NCBI GenBank assembly: GCA_951406725.2
Contig: OX597814.1
Coordinates: forward strand, 92,566,001-92,630,000
DNA: 64,000 bases
From: Octopus vulgaris
Taxonomy: Eukaryota
Direction: 5' to 3'
The notes under the pieces are model-generated. The model had not been told where the DNA came from, did no database searches, and saw only the letters and a program-made list of their open reading frames with translations. Position 1 is the stretch's first letter. Each line of letters begins with the position of its first letter. The position numbers and the translations under genes were made by a program. Below, piece by piece: positions 14,625-26,900 of the stretch.

Positions 14625-15310
14625 GGTGGCAAGCTGGCAGAATCATTAGCATGCTGAGCAAAATTCTTAGCAGTATCTCGTCTGGCATTACATGCTGAGT
14701 TCAAATTCTGCTGAGGTCAACTTTACCTTTCATCTTTCCGGGGTCAATAAAATTAGTACCAGTTATGCACTGAGGTCAATGTAATTGATTTAATTCCTTC
14801 CCCCAAATTTGAGGCCTTGTGTTTCCAGTAGAAAGGATTATTATTATTATTATTATTATTATTATTTAAGGTGGCAAGCTGGCAGAATCATTAGCATGCC
14901 AGGCAAAATGCTGCACAGGATTCTGTTCGTCATTACATTCTGAGTTCAAATTACGCCAAGGTCAACTTTGCCTTTCATCCTTTTAGGATCGATAAATTAA
15001 GTGCCAGTGAAACACTGGGGTCAATGTAATCAACCAGACCCCTTCTTCAAATTTTCAGGTTTTGTACCTATAACAGAAAGGATTATTATTATTATTATTA
15101 TTAAGGCAGCAAGCTGGCAGAATCATTGGTACACCAGACATTATGCTTAGAAGCATTTTTTCCAGCTTCACATTATGAGTTAAAATTGTGCCAATGTCAG
15201 CTTTGCCTTTCATCGTCTTCGGGTTGATAAAATAAAGTATTAGTTGAGCAGTGTGTTTGATATGATCTACTTATCTACTCCCATAAAATTGCTGGCCTAG
15301 TGTCTAGAGT
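14625..15310 (+). mobile_element. Three head-to-tail family A-related SINEs separated by (ATT)n
   Basis: aagg(t/c)(g/a)gcaagctggcagaatcatt starts at ~14625, ~14870 and ~15104. Confidence 0.8.
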
Positions 15311-15719
15311 TCATTTATTTATTAGGAGATTATAAGATTACACTTATGATAAAATTACATAAGACACACTTTCCCACCAATAAACCTCCTACTTGTGTTC
15401 ACTGCTCACTGTATTCCCCTCTATTTCCTACTCTCCTTTGTGAACCCACCTTGCAAAGCTGCTTGCATACTCTGGCCTTGTCATATCGCCTTCCCATAAC
15501 ATATCTTTCAAATGACTCTGCCCACTCACTACATTACCTCTTCCCTCCATTTCCCACTCTCCTTTTGCAGACTTGTGAACGTACCCATCCACTCATCTTA
15601 TCCAACCCCTGGTTCACTTCACTATATACACCTCCCTGTACTTTGGGTGTACATCCTCATTACATTTTCACTGTCTGCTCTCTCTCTCCAACTGAGGTAC
15701 CACCTATACAGCAAGACTC

Positions 15720-16138
15720 CTATTTCTTATTTCTTTACTGCCCACAAGGCGCTAAACACAGGGGACAATCAAGGACAGACAAAGAGATTAAGTCGATTAC
15801 ATCAACCCCAGTGCATAACTGGTACTTAATTTATCAACCTCAAAAGGATGAAAGGCAAAGTCAACCTTTGCTGAATTTGAACTCAGAACGTAACAGCAGA
15901 TGAAATACCTATTTCTTTACTACCCACAAGGGGCTAAACACAGAGGGGACAAACAAGGACAGACAAATGGACCAAGTCGATTATATCGACCCCAGTGCAT
16001 AACTGGTACTTATTTAATCGACCCCGAAAGGATGAAAAGCAAAGTCGACCTCGGCGGAATTTGAACTCAGAACATAACGGCAGACGAAATACAGCTACAC
16101 ATTTCGCCCGGCGTGCTAACGTTTCTACCATCTCGCCG
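15720..16138 (-). mobile_element. Tandem/nested pair of family A SINEs
   Basis: Two copies flanked by the direct repeat caagactcctatttct (~15712 and ~16143). Confidence 0.85.
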
Positions 16139-18339
16139 ACTTCAAGACTCCTATTTCTTTCCCCCTCTCCATAGTCTTATTTCTCATCACCTGGTACAAA
16201 GTCCTCTCAATCCCACTCACCTTCAATTGAGGGGTCATTGCCTTGCATATTACCTGGTGACCTCAATGCTGCTGGTGACACATAAAAAGCATGTAGTACA
16301 TTCTGTGAAGCAGTTGGCATTGGGAAAAGTATCCAGCCATACAAACCATGCCAAAGCAGACAGTGGAGCTTGACATGGCCTTCTAACTTGCCAGCTCCTG
16401 TCAAGCTGTCTGACCCATGCCAGCATGGAAAATGGACAGTAAGCAATTATGATGATGATAATGATGGAAATACATGTTACAAATTTATAGAACCCTATGA
16501 TAGTTAAGCTATTTTTTTATTGACTTTGGCCACTTTTTATTGATTTGGTCACTTTTTTAATTAAAGTGTGACATTCATTGGATCTAATTTCAATAATTTT
16601 TCAGAGTAGAAATTGTCCAAGTTTTTTAGAGGATTAAAAAAGCCCTTCAATCATGAAATCACTTCATTTTCAACGTACAGTCTCAAAACAAGATGTTTCT
16701 CAGGCACATAAAACTCAATATTTGCATATATATTCTCATTCTCCCACAAAATTTGTTGAATGAAATCAAGTAAGATTGATTATTGGTAGTATTCAGTTTG
16801 TTCGTTTACAGCATAGGTAATGCCCAGTGGGTATTGAGATGGTTTAGGTGGGCGCTGGGCCTAAGGGGGAGGTAGAGAAAAAGGAACCATTGGGAGGAAG
16901 GCAGTGAATTGGGGGATGCTACGAATTTATTATAATAGTATTGTATACAAATTATATAATATTATATTAAATATTAAATTATTCATAATATATATAAATT
17001 AGTAAAATATAAAATATATATTTATACATAAAAATAGGGGTAGGGGTGCTGAGGGTATTATATGGACATGAGGGTGGCAGTGGCCCAAAAAGTTTGAGAA
17101 CCTCTGGTTTACAGGAACAGGAACCATTCTAATAAAAACTTACTATTCTAAAGTGGTGTACATTAAAACCTATCAAAATTTCATGTTAATTTATATTCCA
17201 AATGCCAGCTAAATAATAACGAAGTTATTTTACTAAATTCTTGATTATTATCAAAATTAACTGAAACAAAGTCTGTGTTTCTTAACAGAAATATAAGGAA
17301 AGAGTTAAAGAAATGAATATCAATCAGTAAAAGTGATTATAAGAAAATCAAGCTAAAGAAACAAGAAACCCATCAATCATCATAATTTAGTTGTCTTAAT
17401 ATAATTATCATTTTATTTAGCTTGGAAAAATAGCTAAGACAATGGATTAATGGATTTAATTTTGTCTTGTTCTATTTTTATTTTTTTTCATCAGGAGAAA
17501 AGGGAAGTGTCATTGACCTTGACATGTTCCTCTGAGACTTATGAAATCAATACTTTTAACATTCGAGAGTTCAAGTAAGGTTGAAGTAGTTGGTGTTCAA
17601 ATGTTATTGATGAGACTGGAGGTCTTGTTGCAGTTATTGTTGCAGTTATTGCTGTTGCCATTGATTATCTACTCTACTTTCTCAGTCAGCTCTCCTCAAA
17701 CATACCAATGACACAACAGTAACAAAATAAAAAGAAAAAACAATATTTGATCAGCAGTCTTTAGTTTTAGTAAATTCAATTAGCAGATTTCAATTAGCAA
17801 ATTTGTTAAATGTTTTGTGCTGTAGTTACACAATTTTTATTTGTCAGCAGATTATCTTAAATTTTAAGAGACTTCAGTGACTTTAGTAAGTCATTATGCT
17901 ATCTGTATTTAGCACCTGATCAAAGCACATAACTGTCTGCTATTACTTGTCTGACCTACAAAAAACACGGTCTGCTCTGATTTAACAGTTGGATGTTTAA
18001 GAGTAGAAAGAGCATTCAGTTGTAAAAACATCTGCCCCAGTAAGAAAAATACAAGTCATGCAAGCATGAAAAAATAGTAACTTATGAATTATATTTATTT
18101 TATAGATACACAACTCCACAGAGTTGTTTAAAATTTTTCAATTAAAAGCTAGGGTTAACAGACAAGTATGGAAAGCAATTATTGAGAAGTAGTAATATTG
18201 ATAGAATCGATCATCTTTGATAATTGGATATTTCTGATCAGACAAAGTCACATGATTAATTAGATCACCTGATAATCACAATACCTTGCTCTATATACAT
18301 CCCAAAACTTTGAAATAAAATGTGTGTGTGTGTGTCTAA

Positions 18340-18550
18340 GGTGGATGCTGAAAAGTTCCTGGCTTTGGGTAAAAGAAAATATAGGAGGATCAATTAATAA
18401 TGATTTTATTCAACATATCCTCCTCTCAGATTCACACACTTATTGCAGCAGTCATTCAGTTTTTTAAGTCCTATAAAAGAATTTGTAACGTTGCGCCTCC
18501 AACCAGGCCTTTCACAATACCCTTAAAGCCAGGGACTTTTTAACACCCAC
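18340..18550. mobile_element. Mariner-like MITE
   Basis: Imperfect TIRs gtggatgctgaaaagttcctggcttt / aaagccagggactttttaacacccac with TA flanks. Confidence 0.65.
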
Positions 18551-18864
18551 TAGCATTTGGTGGGGAATATTTCAAAGCAAAATATAATGCTATAAATAAT
18601 GGTATCTAAATATTATGTTGAAAAACCCTTTTGGATAGGAAGAGTCATACAGTCCACATCACCTGTAGACATGACAACCTTTGACATTTTCTATAGAAAA
18701 AGGGTTTTGTAACACAAAACATGCTATGTGTCTACTTCAAGATATTCAAAAACAAAAACATTATAAGTTCACATTTTCAAGAATATTTATGAACTTATTA
18801 GAGCATAAAAGCTCTAAACAGCAAACTAAAGAGATTTATAACACACACACTCTCATTGTATATC

Positions 18865-19190
18865 ATAGCTCAGTGGTTAGAGTATAGCGCTTGCAATCAA
18901 TCCCTGTGAGTTCAAATTCCTGACTGAGCTGTGTGTTGTGTTCTTGAGGAAGACACTTTATTTTATGTTCACTCAGCTATAGAAATTAGTTGCAACATCA
19001 CTGGTGCCATGTTGCATCAGCCTTTGTGTTTCCCTTGGATAACACTGGTGGCATGGAGAGGGGAGGCTGGTATGCATGGGCAACTGATGGTCTTCCACAA
19101 ACAATCTTGCTTTGACTTGTGCCTCGGAGGGGAACTTTCCAGGTGCAATCCCATAGTCATTCATAACTGTAGGGGGTCTTTACCCTTTAC
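18865..19190 (+). mobile_element. tRNA-derived SINE, family C
   Basis: Head AGCTCAGTGGTTAGAG...GAGTTCAAATTCC then GTTGTGTTCTTGAGGAAGACAC; relatives at ~20700-21005, 35755-36060 and 45995-46305. Confidence 0.7.
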
Positions 19191-19267
19191 CCCTTTAAAC
19201 TACATTATTTACTTCATAGATAATAACCATTGTTACTGCTTCATGAATTTGTTATTAATCAACTTAC

Positions 19268-19432
19268 CTCAGCCAGGGTGACAAGAAGCATAAAAACTGG
19301 TGGCGGGCAACAAGTGTAGTTCGCAAGGAAATCCTTTTGTTTCCGGATGGGAACAATGCTTACAATGGCTGCTTCCACAACACCACTAACTTTCACTTTA
19401 TTTCGGGAAAGTAGTGCATCCTCACCAGCCAT
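19268..19432 (-). CDS. Rhomboid protease exon: MAGEDALLSRNKVKVSGVVEAAIVSIVPIRKQKDFLANYTCCPPPVFMLLVTLAE
   Basis: Acceptor ttttattttgtactag and donor GAG|gtaagt; 165 nt, phase 0/0. YTCCPPP-F-M is the signature preceding TM1 in RHBDL1/2/3-type rhomboids. Confidence 0.93.
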
Positions 19433-19556
19433 CTAGTACAAAATAAAAGCAGTGAAAATGTCAAACCAATGTAGAGTTTAATAGGATGAAAATTTAAGCA
19501 GAATAAAGTAAAAATTGTATATGTATGCATGTACATATAGAACAAGGCATTGAATA

Positions 19557-19950
19557 TCTTTATATATGAAACTGTAGTTGTGTGAGTGTCTGTCCCCTTC
19601 GATTTAGATTCCTAACTACTCCCACATTTTGCGGTGCAGTTTAACCAAAACCGGGTATCTTATAGTCGTGATTCATATCGAGCCCTTCTGAGTATTAGCG
19701 CTTGTCTACGATGAGTCTACGATTTTAAAAATAATTTACCATCATTTTTTTCCATTTTCATGCATATTTTTTTAAAGGGAAGTAACTCTCTAAAAATGTC
19801 AACGATGAGTCAACGATTTAAAAAAAAAATTTACCATCATATTTTTTCCATTTTTAATGCATTTTTTGCTATTTTTTAGCTATAACTCTCTAAAAATGCT
19901 GTATAGTTATTTCCCTTACAAACCCGAGCAACGCCGGGCGATACTGCTAG
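19557..19950 (+). mobile_element. Non-autonomous Helitron
   Basis: 5' A|TC start, subterminal hairpin CCCGAGCAACGCCGGG (19923-19938), 3' CTAG|T end; no TIR or TSD. Confidence 0.75.
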
Positions 19951-20615
19951 TCTATTATATAAAATCCATTTTATCTGTCTGTGTGTCTTCTAGGATCTCA
20001 GGCATCCTCCATCTGATTGCACTCAAATTTGATACGTAGATACCGACGGTAACAGGGCATGTATAAGTCTTGAAAAAAATTACAAAATATCGATTCCAGG
20101 TGAGAATGCAATCAATAAAGCCGTGGGAACGTGCATTTGTATGCACAAGTACATCAGCTGTTGTGATCGATACTATGCATACACAAGAAAAATGCACATG
20201 CGGTTTGCACAAAAAAAGCCAGCTAGCTTGAAATAATGCCACAAAATGCAGTATATTTAAGAGACCAAAAAAGTAAGATGCAAAAGAGATATTTTCTTCA
20301 AACTTGGCATGAAGGAAGGAAAGACTATTTGGTTTTACTATTTAAACCATGTTTGAGTTTTCCCAGTCAACAGCCTTATCATTACTGGTACTTTAAACTC
20401 TTCGGTTGCATATTTGTGTGAATGAAGTCGTTTTTCTTTGGAATAGAAAAAAAAGTCTATCTTTATTTCTTCTTTTGCTGGTGTCTCAAATTTAGGTTAA
20501 ATCAGTGTTTCTCAAAGGAGAGGCCTATGGGATGGTCAGACAAGTTGTTTTGAGAAAATTTGGTTTAAATGTTTGACAACTTAGCACCGTCCATTGGACG
20601 GGGGCGTTTTGCTCA
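19951..20615 (+). mobile_element. Second non-autonomous Helitron-like element, abutting the first
   Basis: Starts TCTATTATATAAAA immediately after CTAG; 3' hairpin CCGTCCATTGGACGG (20587-20601); terminal CTAG degenerate. Confidence 0.55.
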
Positions 20616-21373
20616 TATAATTATATTTACATAAGCATACACAAATGTATATGTGTACATTATGTAATATGTGTGTTATGTGTGTGCATATGTATGTGAG
20701 TGGTCAGGATATTCAGTTCGCAATCATAAGATCAGGAGTTCAATTCCCGGCAGAGCATTGTGTCCTTGAGCAAGACACTTTATTCCACTTTGCTCCAGTC
20801 CACTCAGCTGGTAAAAATGAGTTGTACCTGTAATTCAAAGGGCAAGCCTTGTCACATTCTATGTCATGCTGAATCTCCCAAAGAATTATGTTAAGGGTAC
20901 ATGTGTTTGTGGAGTGCTGAGTCACTTACAAGTTAATTTCATCAGTAAGCTGTTCTGTTGATTGGATCAACTGGAACATACATTGTTATAACCAATGGAG
21001 TGTCAAATGCATGCACATATATATATATATATATGTATATATAAATCTTTAGTTAAATATATTCAATGAGAATACTATATACTGAATTTATATTGAGTGC
21101 TCAATTGTATCAAAGTATTAATACTATTAAAGTATTTATGTATTTAATACGAGCGATTATATACATATATATTTTTTAATAATATATTATTATTAAAATT
21201 AGGAAATCAATATCAAAACTCCTCTGAAAGATATACACGTGTAAAAGATAATTGTTGTATTAAAAATATCTAAATAAATAAATATAAATATGCATAAAAA
21301 TATATGTAAATATGTATAAGTATAAATATATAATGTATATGACAGTTTAAAAGTTTTGAATTAATTATTTAAA

Positions 21374-21469
21374 GCATCTTACGATTGTTTCACAGAAGAG
21401 TTGTCCCTATAATGAAATCCTATATTGATAAGCATTTATCGACAACGCTTCTGCTCTTCAGAGATATGC
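21374..21469 (-). ncRNA. Type I hammerhead ribozyme motif (Penelope-like minimal stem III)
   Basis: Minus strand: gcatATCT-CTGAAGA-gcagaag.c.gttgtc...gacaac.t.cttctgt-GAAAC-aatc-GTA-AGATgc. The core, stems I, II and III and a GUA cleavage triplet are all present. Confidence 0.75.
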
Positions 21470-21865
21470 AATTTGAATTCTGTATAACATATCAAATGAT
21501 AGTTTTTTAAAAATTTGAAGTAAAACTATAAAATGGTGTTTGTTTGAAAGATAAATTAAAAATTAAAAATTACTAATTTTGATGAAAGTCTTTAAATCCA
21601 TATATACTTCTTTGGTTATTCTTCTGCAATAATCCGTAATATTCATATGTAAAATCCGTTATATTATGTTGTATTCCAAATGTAGTTCATATAATTAGTT
21701 TAGAAATGTGAAATTTGTATATACTTTAGTATGAGACTCTTGAAATTCGTGTCTTCTTGGTAATTCCTCTGTAGCAATTCATAATACTTTTGTATAAAAT
21801 TCATTATATTATCAGGTAATCCAAATATAGTTCATAATACAAAATCAAATTATATTTTTAATTAT

Positions 21866-23770
21866 TCTCTCTCTCTCTCTCTCTCTTTCTCTGCGGTGTC
21901 GTTTTCTCCCTCTGTTATCGCTGTCTCTCTCTCTCTCTCCCTCTCTCTCCCTCTCTCTCCCTCTCTCTCTATATATTTCACTTTCACTCGCTGCCACAGG
22001 CTTAGCCAATACGCTCTGCCTTCTACCCACACCTCCGCACTCCCTCCCCTATAAAACCCTACGCACGAGGCTTGACCGCCCTTATTATTGCTTTCCTCCT
22101 GGCTATAACACACGAACTACGAACCGCAGGATGATGAATAATATCAGCTAAGTCATATTTAAGTTCACGACCTGTCCCTCTTTCATTGTTTTTGCAAGTA
22201 TTATTATCACCATCAAGCCTTATTATTGTGTCCCCATATATTATCGTTATCGTTGTCCTTCGTCTCAAATGCTAGCTGAAGCATATAAACTTTCACTCAC
22301 AAAAACTTATTCACACGACCGCAAAAAAACATCTCGTCTCAAATCTGGTCTTTCTGTCGCTTAATTCTCTAACCCATCTTTTCCCAACTTCCACTCATAG
22401 AAACTTATGCACACGACCGCAAACCTTTCCATCTCAAATCTTGTCTTTCTTACTTTCGTCTAAATCTCGTCTTCTCCCAGTGCCCGGTGCCGTTTTTGCC
22501 CCTCTGTTATCACCATGTCTCTCTCCCTCCCTCTCTCTCTCTCTTTCTCTGCGGTGTCGTTTTCTCCCTCTGTTATCGCTGTCTCTCTCTCTCTCTCCCT
22601 CTCTCTCCCTCTCTCTCTATATATTTCACTTTCACTCGCTGCCACAGGCTTAGCCAATACGCTCTGCCTTCTACCCACACCTCCGCACCCCCTCCCCTAT
22701 AAAACCCTACGCACGAGGCTTGACCGCCCTTATTATTGCTTTCCTCTGGCTATAACACACGAACTACGAACCGCAGGATGATGAATAATATCAGCTAAGT
22801 CATATTTAAGTTCACGACCTGTCCCTCTTTCATTGTTTTTGCAAGTATTATTATCACCATCAAGCCTTATTATTGTGTCCCCATATATTATCGTTATCGT
22901 TGTCCTTCGTCTCAAATGCTAGCTGAAGCATATAAACTTTCGCTCACAAAAACTTATTCACACGACCGCAAAAAAACACCTCGTCTCAAATCTGGTCTTT
23001 CTGTCGCTTAATTCTCTAACCCATCTTTTCCCAACTTCCACTCATAGAAACTTATGCACACGACCGCAAACCTTTCCATCTCAAATCTTGTCTTTCTTAC
23101 TTTCGTCTAAATCTCGTCTTCTCCCAGTGCCCGGTGCCGTTTTTGCCCCTCTGTTATCACCATGTCTCTCTCCCTCCCTCTCTCTCTCTCTCTCTCTTTC
23201 TTTGCGGTGTCGTTTTCTCCCTCTGTTATCGCTGTCTCTCTCTCTCTCTCCCTCTCTCTCTATATATTTCACTTTCACTCGCTGCCACAGGCTTAGCCAA
23301 TACACTCTGCCTTCTACCCACACCTCCGCACCCCCTCCCCTATAAAACCCTACGCACGAGGCTTGACCGCCCTTATTATTGCTTTCCTCCTGGCTATAAC
23401 ACACGAACTACGAACCGCAGGATGATGAATAATATCAGCTAAGTCATATTTAAGTTCACGACCTGTCCCTCTTTCATTGTTTTTGCAAGTATTATTATCA
23501 CCATCAAGCCTTATTATTGTGTCCCCATATATTATCGTTATCGTTGTCCTTCGTCTCAAATGCTAGCTGAAGCATATAAACTTTCGCTCACAAAAACTTA
23601 TTCACACGACCGCAAAAAAAACATCTCGTCTCAAATCTGGTCTTTCTGTCGCTTAATTCTCTAACCCATCTTTCCCAACTTCCACTCATAGAAACTTATG
23701 CACACGACCGCAAACCTTTCCATCTCAAATCTTGCCTTTCTTACTGCCGCCTAAATATCGTCTTCTCCCA
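21866..23770 (+). repeat. ~2.9 near-identical tandem copies of a ~645-655 bp monomer
   Basis: TATAAAACCC at 22050, 22698 and 23341; GCGGTGTCGTTTT at 21893, 22551 and 23204. Copies differ mostly in (CT)n length. Confidence 0.97.
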
Positions 23771-23780
23771 GTGCGCAGTG

Positions 23781-23897
23781 CGCCCGCCCTCCCGCCCCAC
23801 CACCAGTACCGGAAGTCCTTATCTCACCTTGCCCTCTTTTGCTTTTCTTCCATGAACACCTAAAGGCCTTAAACCAATACCACCCCTTCTATATATG
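23781..23897 (+). promoter_or_regulatory. Putative Pol II promoter cluster upstream of the LINE ORF
   Basis: Two GC boxes (CCCGCCC, 23783-23797), ETS motif CCGGAAGT (23809-23816), CCAAT (23874) and TATATA (23890). Motif-only evidence. Confidence 0.4.
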
Positions 23898-23968
23898 GTG
23901 GTGACCATACGGCGCAAAAACATGTTAGTGCAGTGTAACAGGTTGAACTTAAGTTCATTGCTTTGCTT

Positions 23969-26900
23969 ATGAATTCTGCCAAATGCGAGTTTTCTTCTTC
24001 TTTTCAGTTACATGACGGCACTGCTCCCCGTCCCTGGGCCTCTCGGGTCAATACCTTCCACCCCCTCAGGGTGGGCACCCTCAACGCTGGCACACTGAAA
24101 GGTAGGTCTGGCGAGATAGTCGAGATGCTTGAACGGAGACGTGTTGATGTATGTTGTATGCAAGAAATAAGGTGGAGAGGAGGATCTGCTAGGTTCCTCA
24201 TGGGCAAGGAACACAGGTACAAGATTTTCTGGGCAGGGAACACTGACGGGGTTGGTGGCGTGGGTATACTTATCGCTGAGAAATGGATAGATAGAGTAAT
24301 TGAGGTAATCAGAGTAAGTGACAGAATACTTAAGATTAGAATAGTGCTTCATAATAGATTAGCAACCATTATATCGGCCTATGCCCCTCAGCCAGGGCTA
24401 CCCGATGGACAGAAAGACAGTTTCTATGACACCCTACTGCAGACCACCTCATTGACGAACGACAGGGACCTTCTCTTTGTGGCTGGTGATTTCAATGGGC
24501 ATGTTGGACAACATGCTGGGGGCTTCCATGGCGTGCATGGAGGCTACGGTTATGGTTCCCGCAACGAGGAGGGAACCAGGCTGCTTGAGTTCTGCGATGC
24601 GAATAGTCTTATGATCTGCAACACTAACTTCAGGAAACCAACAAGCCACCTGGTCACCTACCGATCGGGCCGGCATACTAGCCAAATCGACTACATCCTT
24701 GCCAGAAAAAGGGAAAGATGGCTGCTTATAAATGCCAAAACCTTCCCAGGCGAAGAATGCACCCCACAACATAGACTGGTAGTTAGTGACTTTAGGATCA
24801 GGACTAAGAGGGCGACTAGAAGACGACCAACATGGAGAAGAAGGGTCTGGAAGCTTAAAGACCCTGCGAATGGACAGAGATTTAGAGATATGTTACTTGA
24901 AGCCTTTGACGAAGTGGAAGGGGGTATAGCTACACATGGGGTAGAAGACAACTGGACGTTTCTGAGGGACAACCTGCTGAAAGCCGCTGACCAGATCTGT
25001 GGCTGGTGCAAAGTCCCCTTAAGACCCAAAATAACGTGGTGGTGGAACAATATTGTTGACAGGGCTATTAGACAAAAGAAACAGGCTTGGAAGGCCTGGA
25101 AGAACGGTGGTAGCAGGGAAGTGTATCAGACTGCCAGAAGGGAAGCTAGGAGACAGGTCTATCTAGCCAGAGGGGAAGCAGATAAAAGAAAGTTTGCCAA
25201 TGTCCTGCGCCGTGAGGATGAAAGACTTGAGGTATTTCGTGTTGCAAGACAGTGTGTGAGAGAGAATCGTGATGTGGTAGGAGAGAAATGTGTTCGCATG
25301 GAGGATGGTTCACTTGTGCTAAATGAGGATGCAAAGAGAGAAGCTTGGAGACGCCACTATGAAAGGTTGCTGAATGAGGAAAATGAATGGGATAAAGAGA
25401 GTCTGCCGAATGTTGACCCAACAGAGGGACCAGCTATCCGAGTTGATAGTTCCGTGGTAGCTAAGGCAATTAGAAGCATGAAGACAGGGAAAGCCCCAGG
25501 CCCATCAGGAATTACTGCAGAGATGCTCAAAATATCTGGTAGTGTCGGCTATAGCATAGTCACCCGTATAGTTAACCAGGTGATACACGAAGGAGTCATA
25601 CCCAATGACTGGTGTAGCAGCATAATAGTCAACTGCTACAAAGGTAAAGGAGATGCCCTAGATACAAATAACTACAGGGGCATCAAGCTGTTGGATCAGG
25701 TAATGAAGGTTACGGAGAGGGTTATAGCCCAGTTAATTAGAGAGAGAGTTAGCTTAGATGATATGCAGTTTGGGTTCGTGCCAGGGAAAAGTACTACTGA
25801 TGCTATATTCCTGGTAAGACAGCTGCAGGAGAAATACCTAGCCAAAGGTAAGCCCTTGTACCTGGCTTTTGTTGACTTAGAGAAAGCCTTTGACAGGGTC
25901 CCCCGATCCCTTATCTGGTGGTCAATGAGGAAACTAGGGATAGATGAATGGTTAGTGAGAGCTGTGCGAGCCATGTACAGAGACGCAGCTAGTAAGGTGA
26001 GGGTTGGCAACGAGTACAGTGAAGAATTCCGGGTAGAGGTTGGGGTCCACCAAGGTTCAGTCCTCAGCCCCCTCCTATTTATCATAGTCCTCCAGGCAAT
26101 AACGGAAGAATTTAAGACAGGATGCCCCTGGGAGCTCCTATATGCTGATGACCTTGCTCTAATTGCTGAGTCACTATCAGAACTGGAGGAGAAGTTTCAG
26201 GTGTGGAAACAAGGATTAGAGTCGAAGGGCCTTACAATCAACCTAGCCAAAACCAAAGTCCTAATAAGTAGGAAGGTGGACCAACCACAAACGACTTCAG
26301 GTAGATGGCCCTGCTCGATCTGTAGAAAAGGTGTAGGTAGAAACTCTATAAGGTGCACCAAGTGTAAGCTATGGACACATAAGAGGTGCAGCAATGTCAA
26401 AGGTAGGCTAACTGGGAAGATAGTTTTCGTATGTGGCAGATGCTCAGGAGAAATAAACACTGGAAATGTGCAGAGACCAACTTCTACCACGTTCCAGGGA
26501 GACAAACTAGAAGTAGTTGATAGCTTCCGCTACCTTGGAGACCAAGTTAGTAGCGGGGGTGGGTGTGCTGAAAGTGTAACTGCTAGAGTAAGAATAGCCT
26601 GGGCAAAGTTTAGGGAGCTCTTACCCCTGCTGGTGACAAAAGGCCTCTCGCTCAGAGTAAAAGGCAGACTTTATGATGCATGTGTACGTACAGCCATGCT
26701 ACATGGTAGTGAAACATGGGCCGTGACTGCTGAGGATATGCGTAAGCTCGCAAGAAATGAAGCCAGTATGCTCCGATGGATGTGTAATGTCAGTGTTCAT
26801 AATCGTCAGAGTGTAAGTACCTTGAGAGAAAAGTTGAACCTAAGAAGCGTCAGTTGTGGTGTGCAAGAGAGACGGCTGCGCTGGTATGGTCATATGACGA

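Noticed and set aside
21845-23559. Repeated ORFs in the 650-bp monomers (MRRRTT..., MGRRQS..., MSFLLSS...) as an ORF1
   Set aside because: Short, low-complexity, shifted by (CT)n length changes between monomers, with no recognisable domain.
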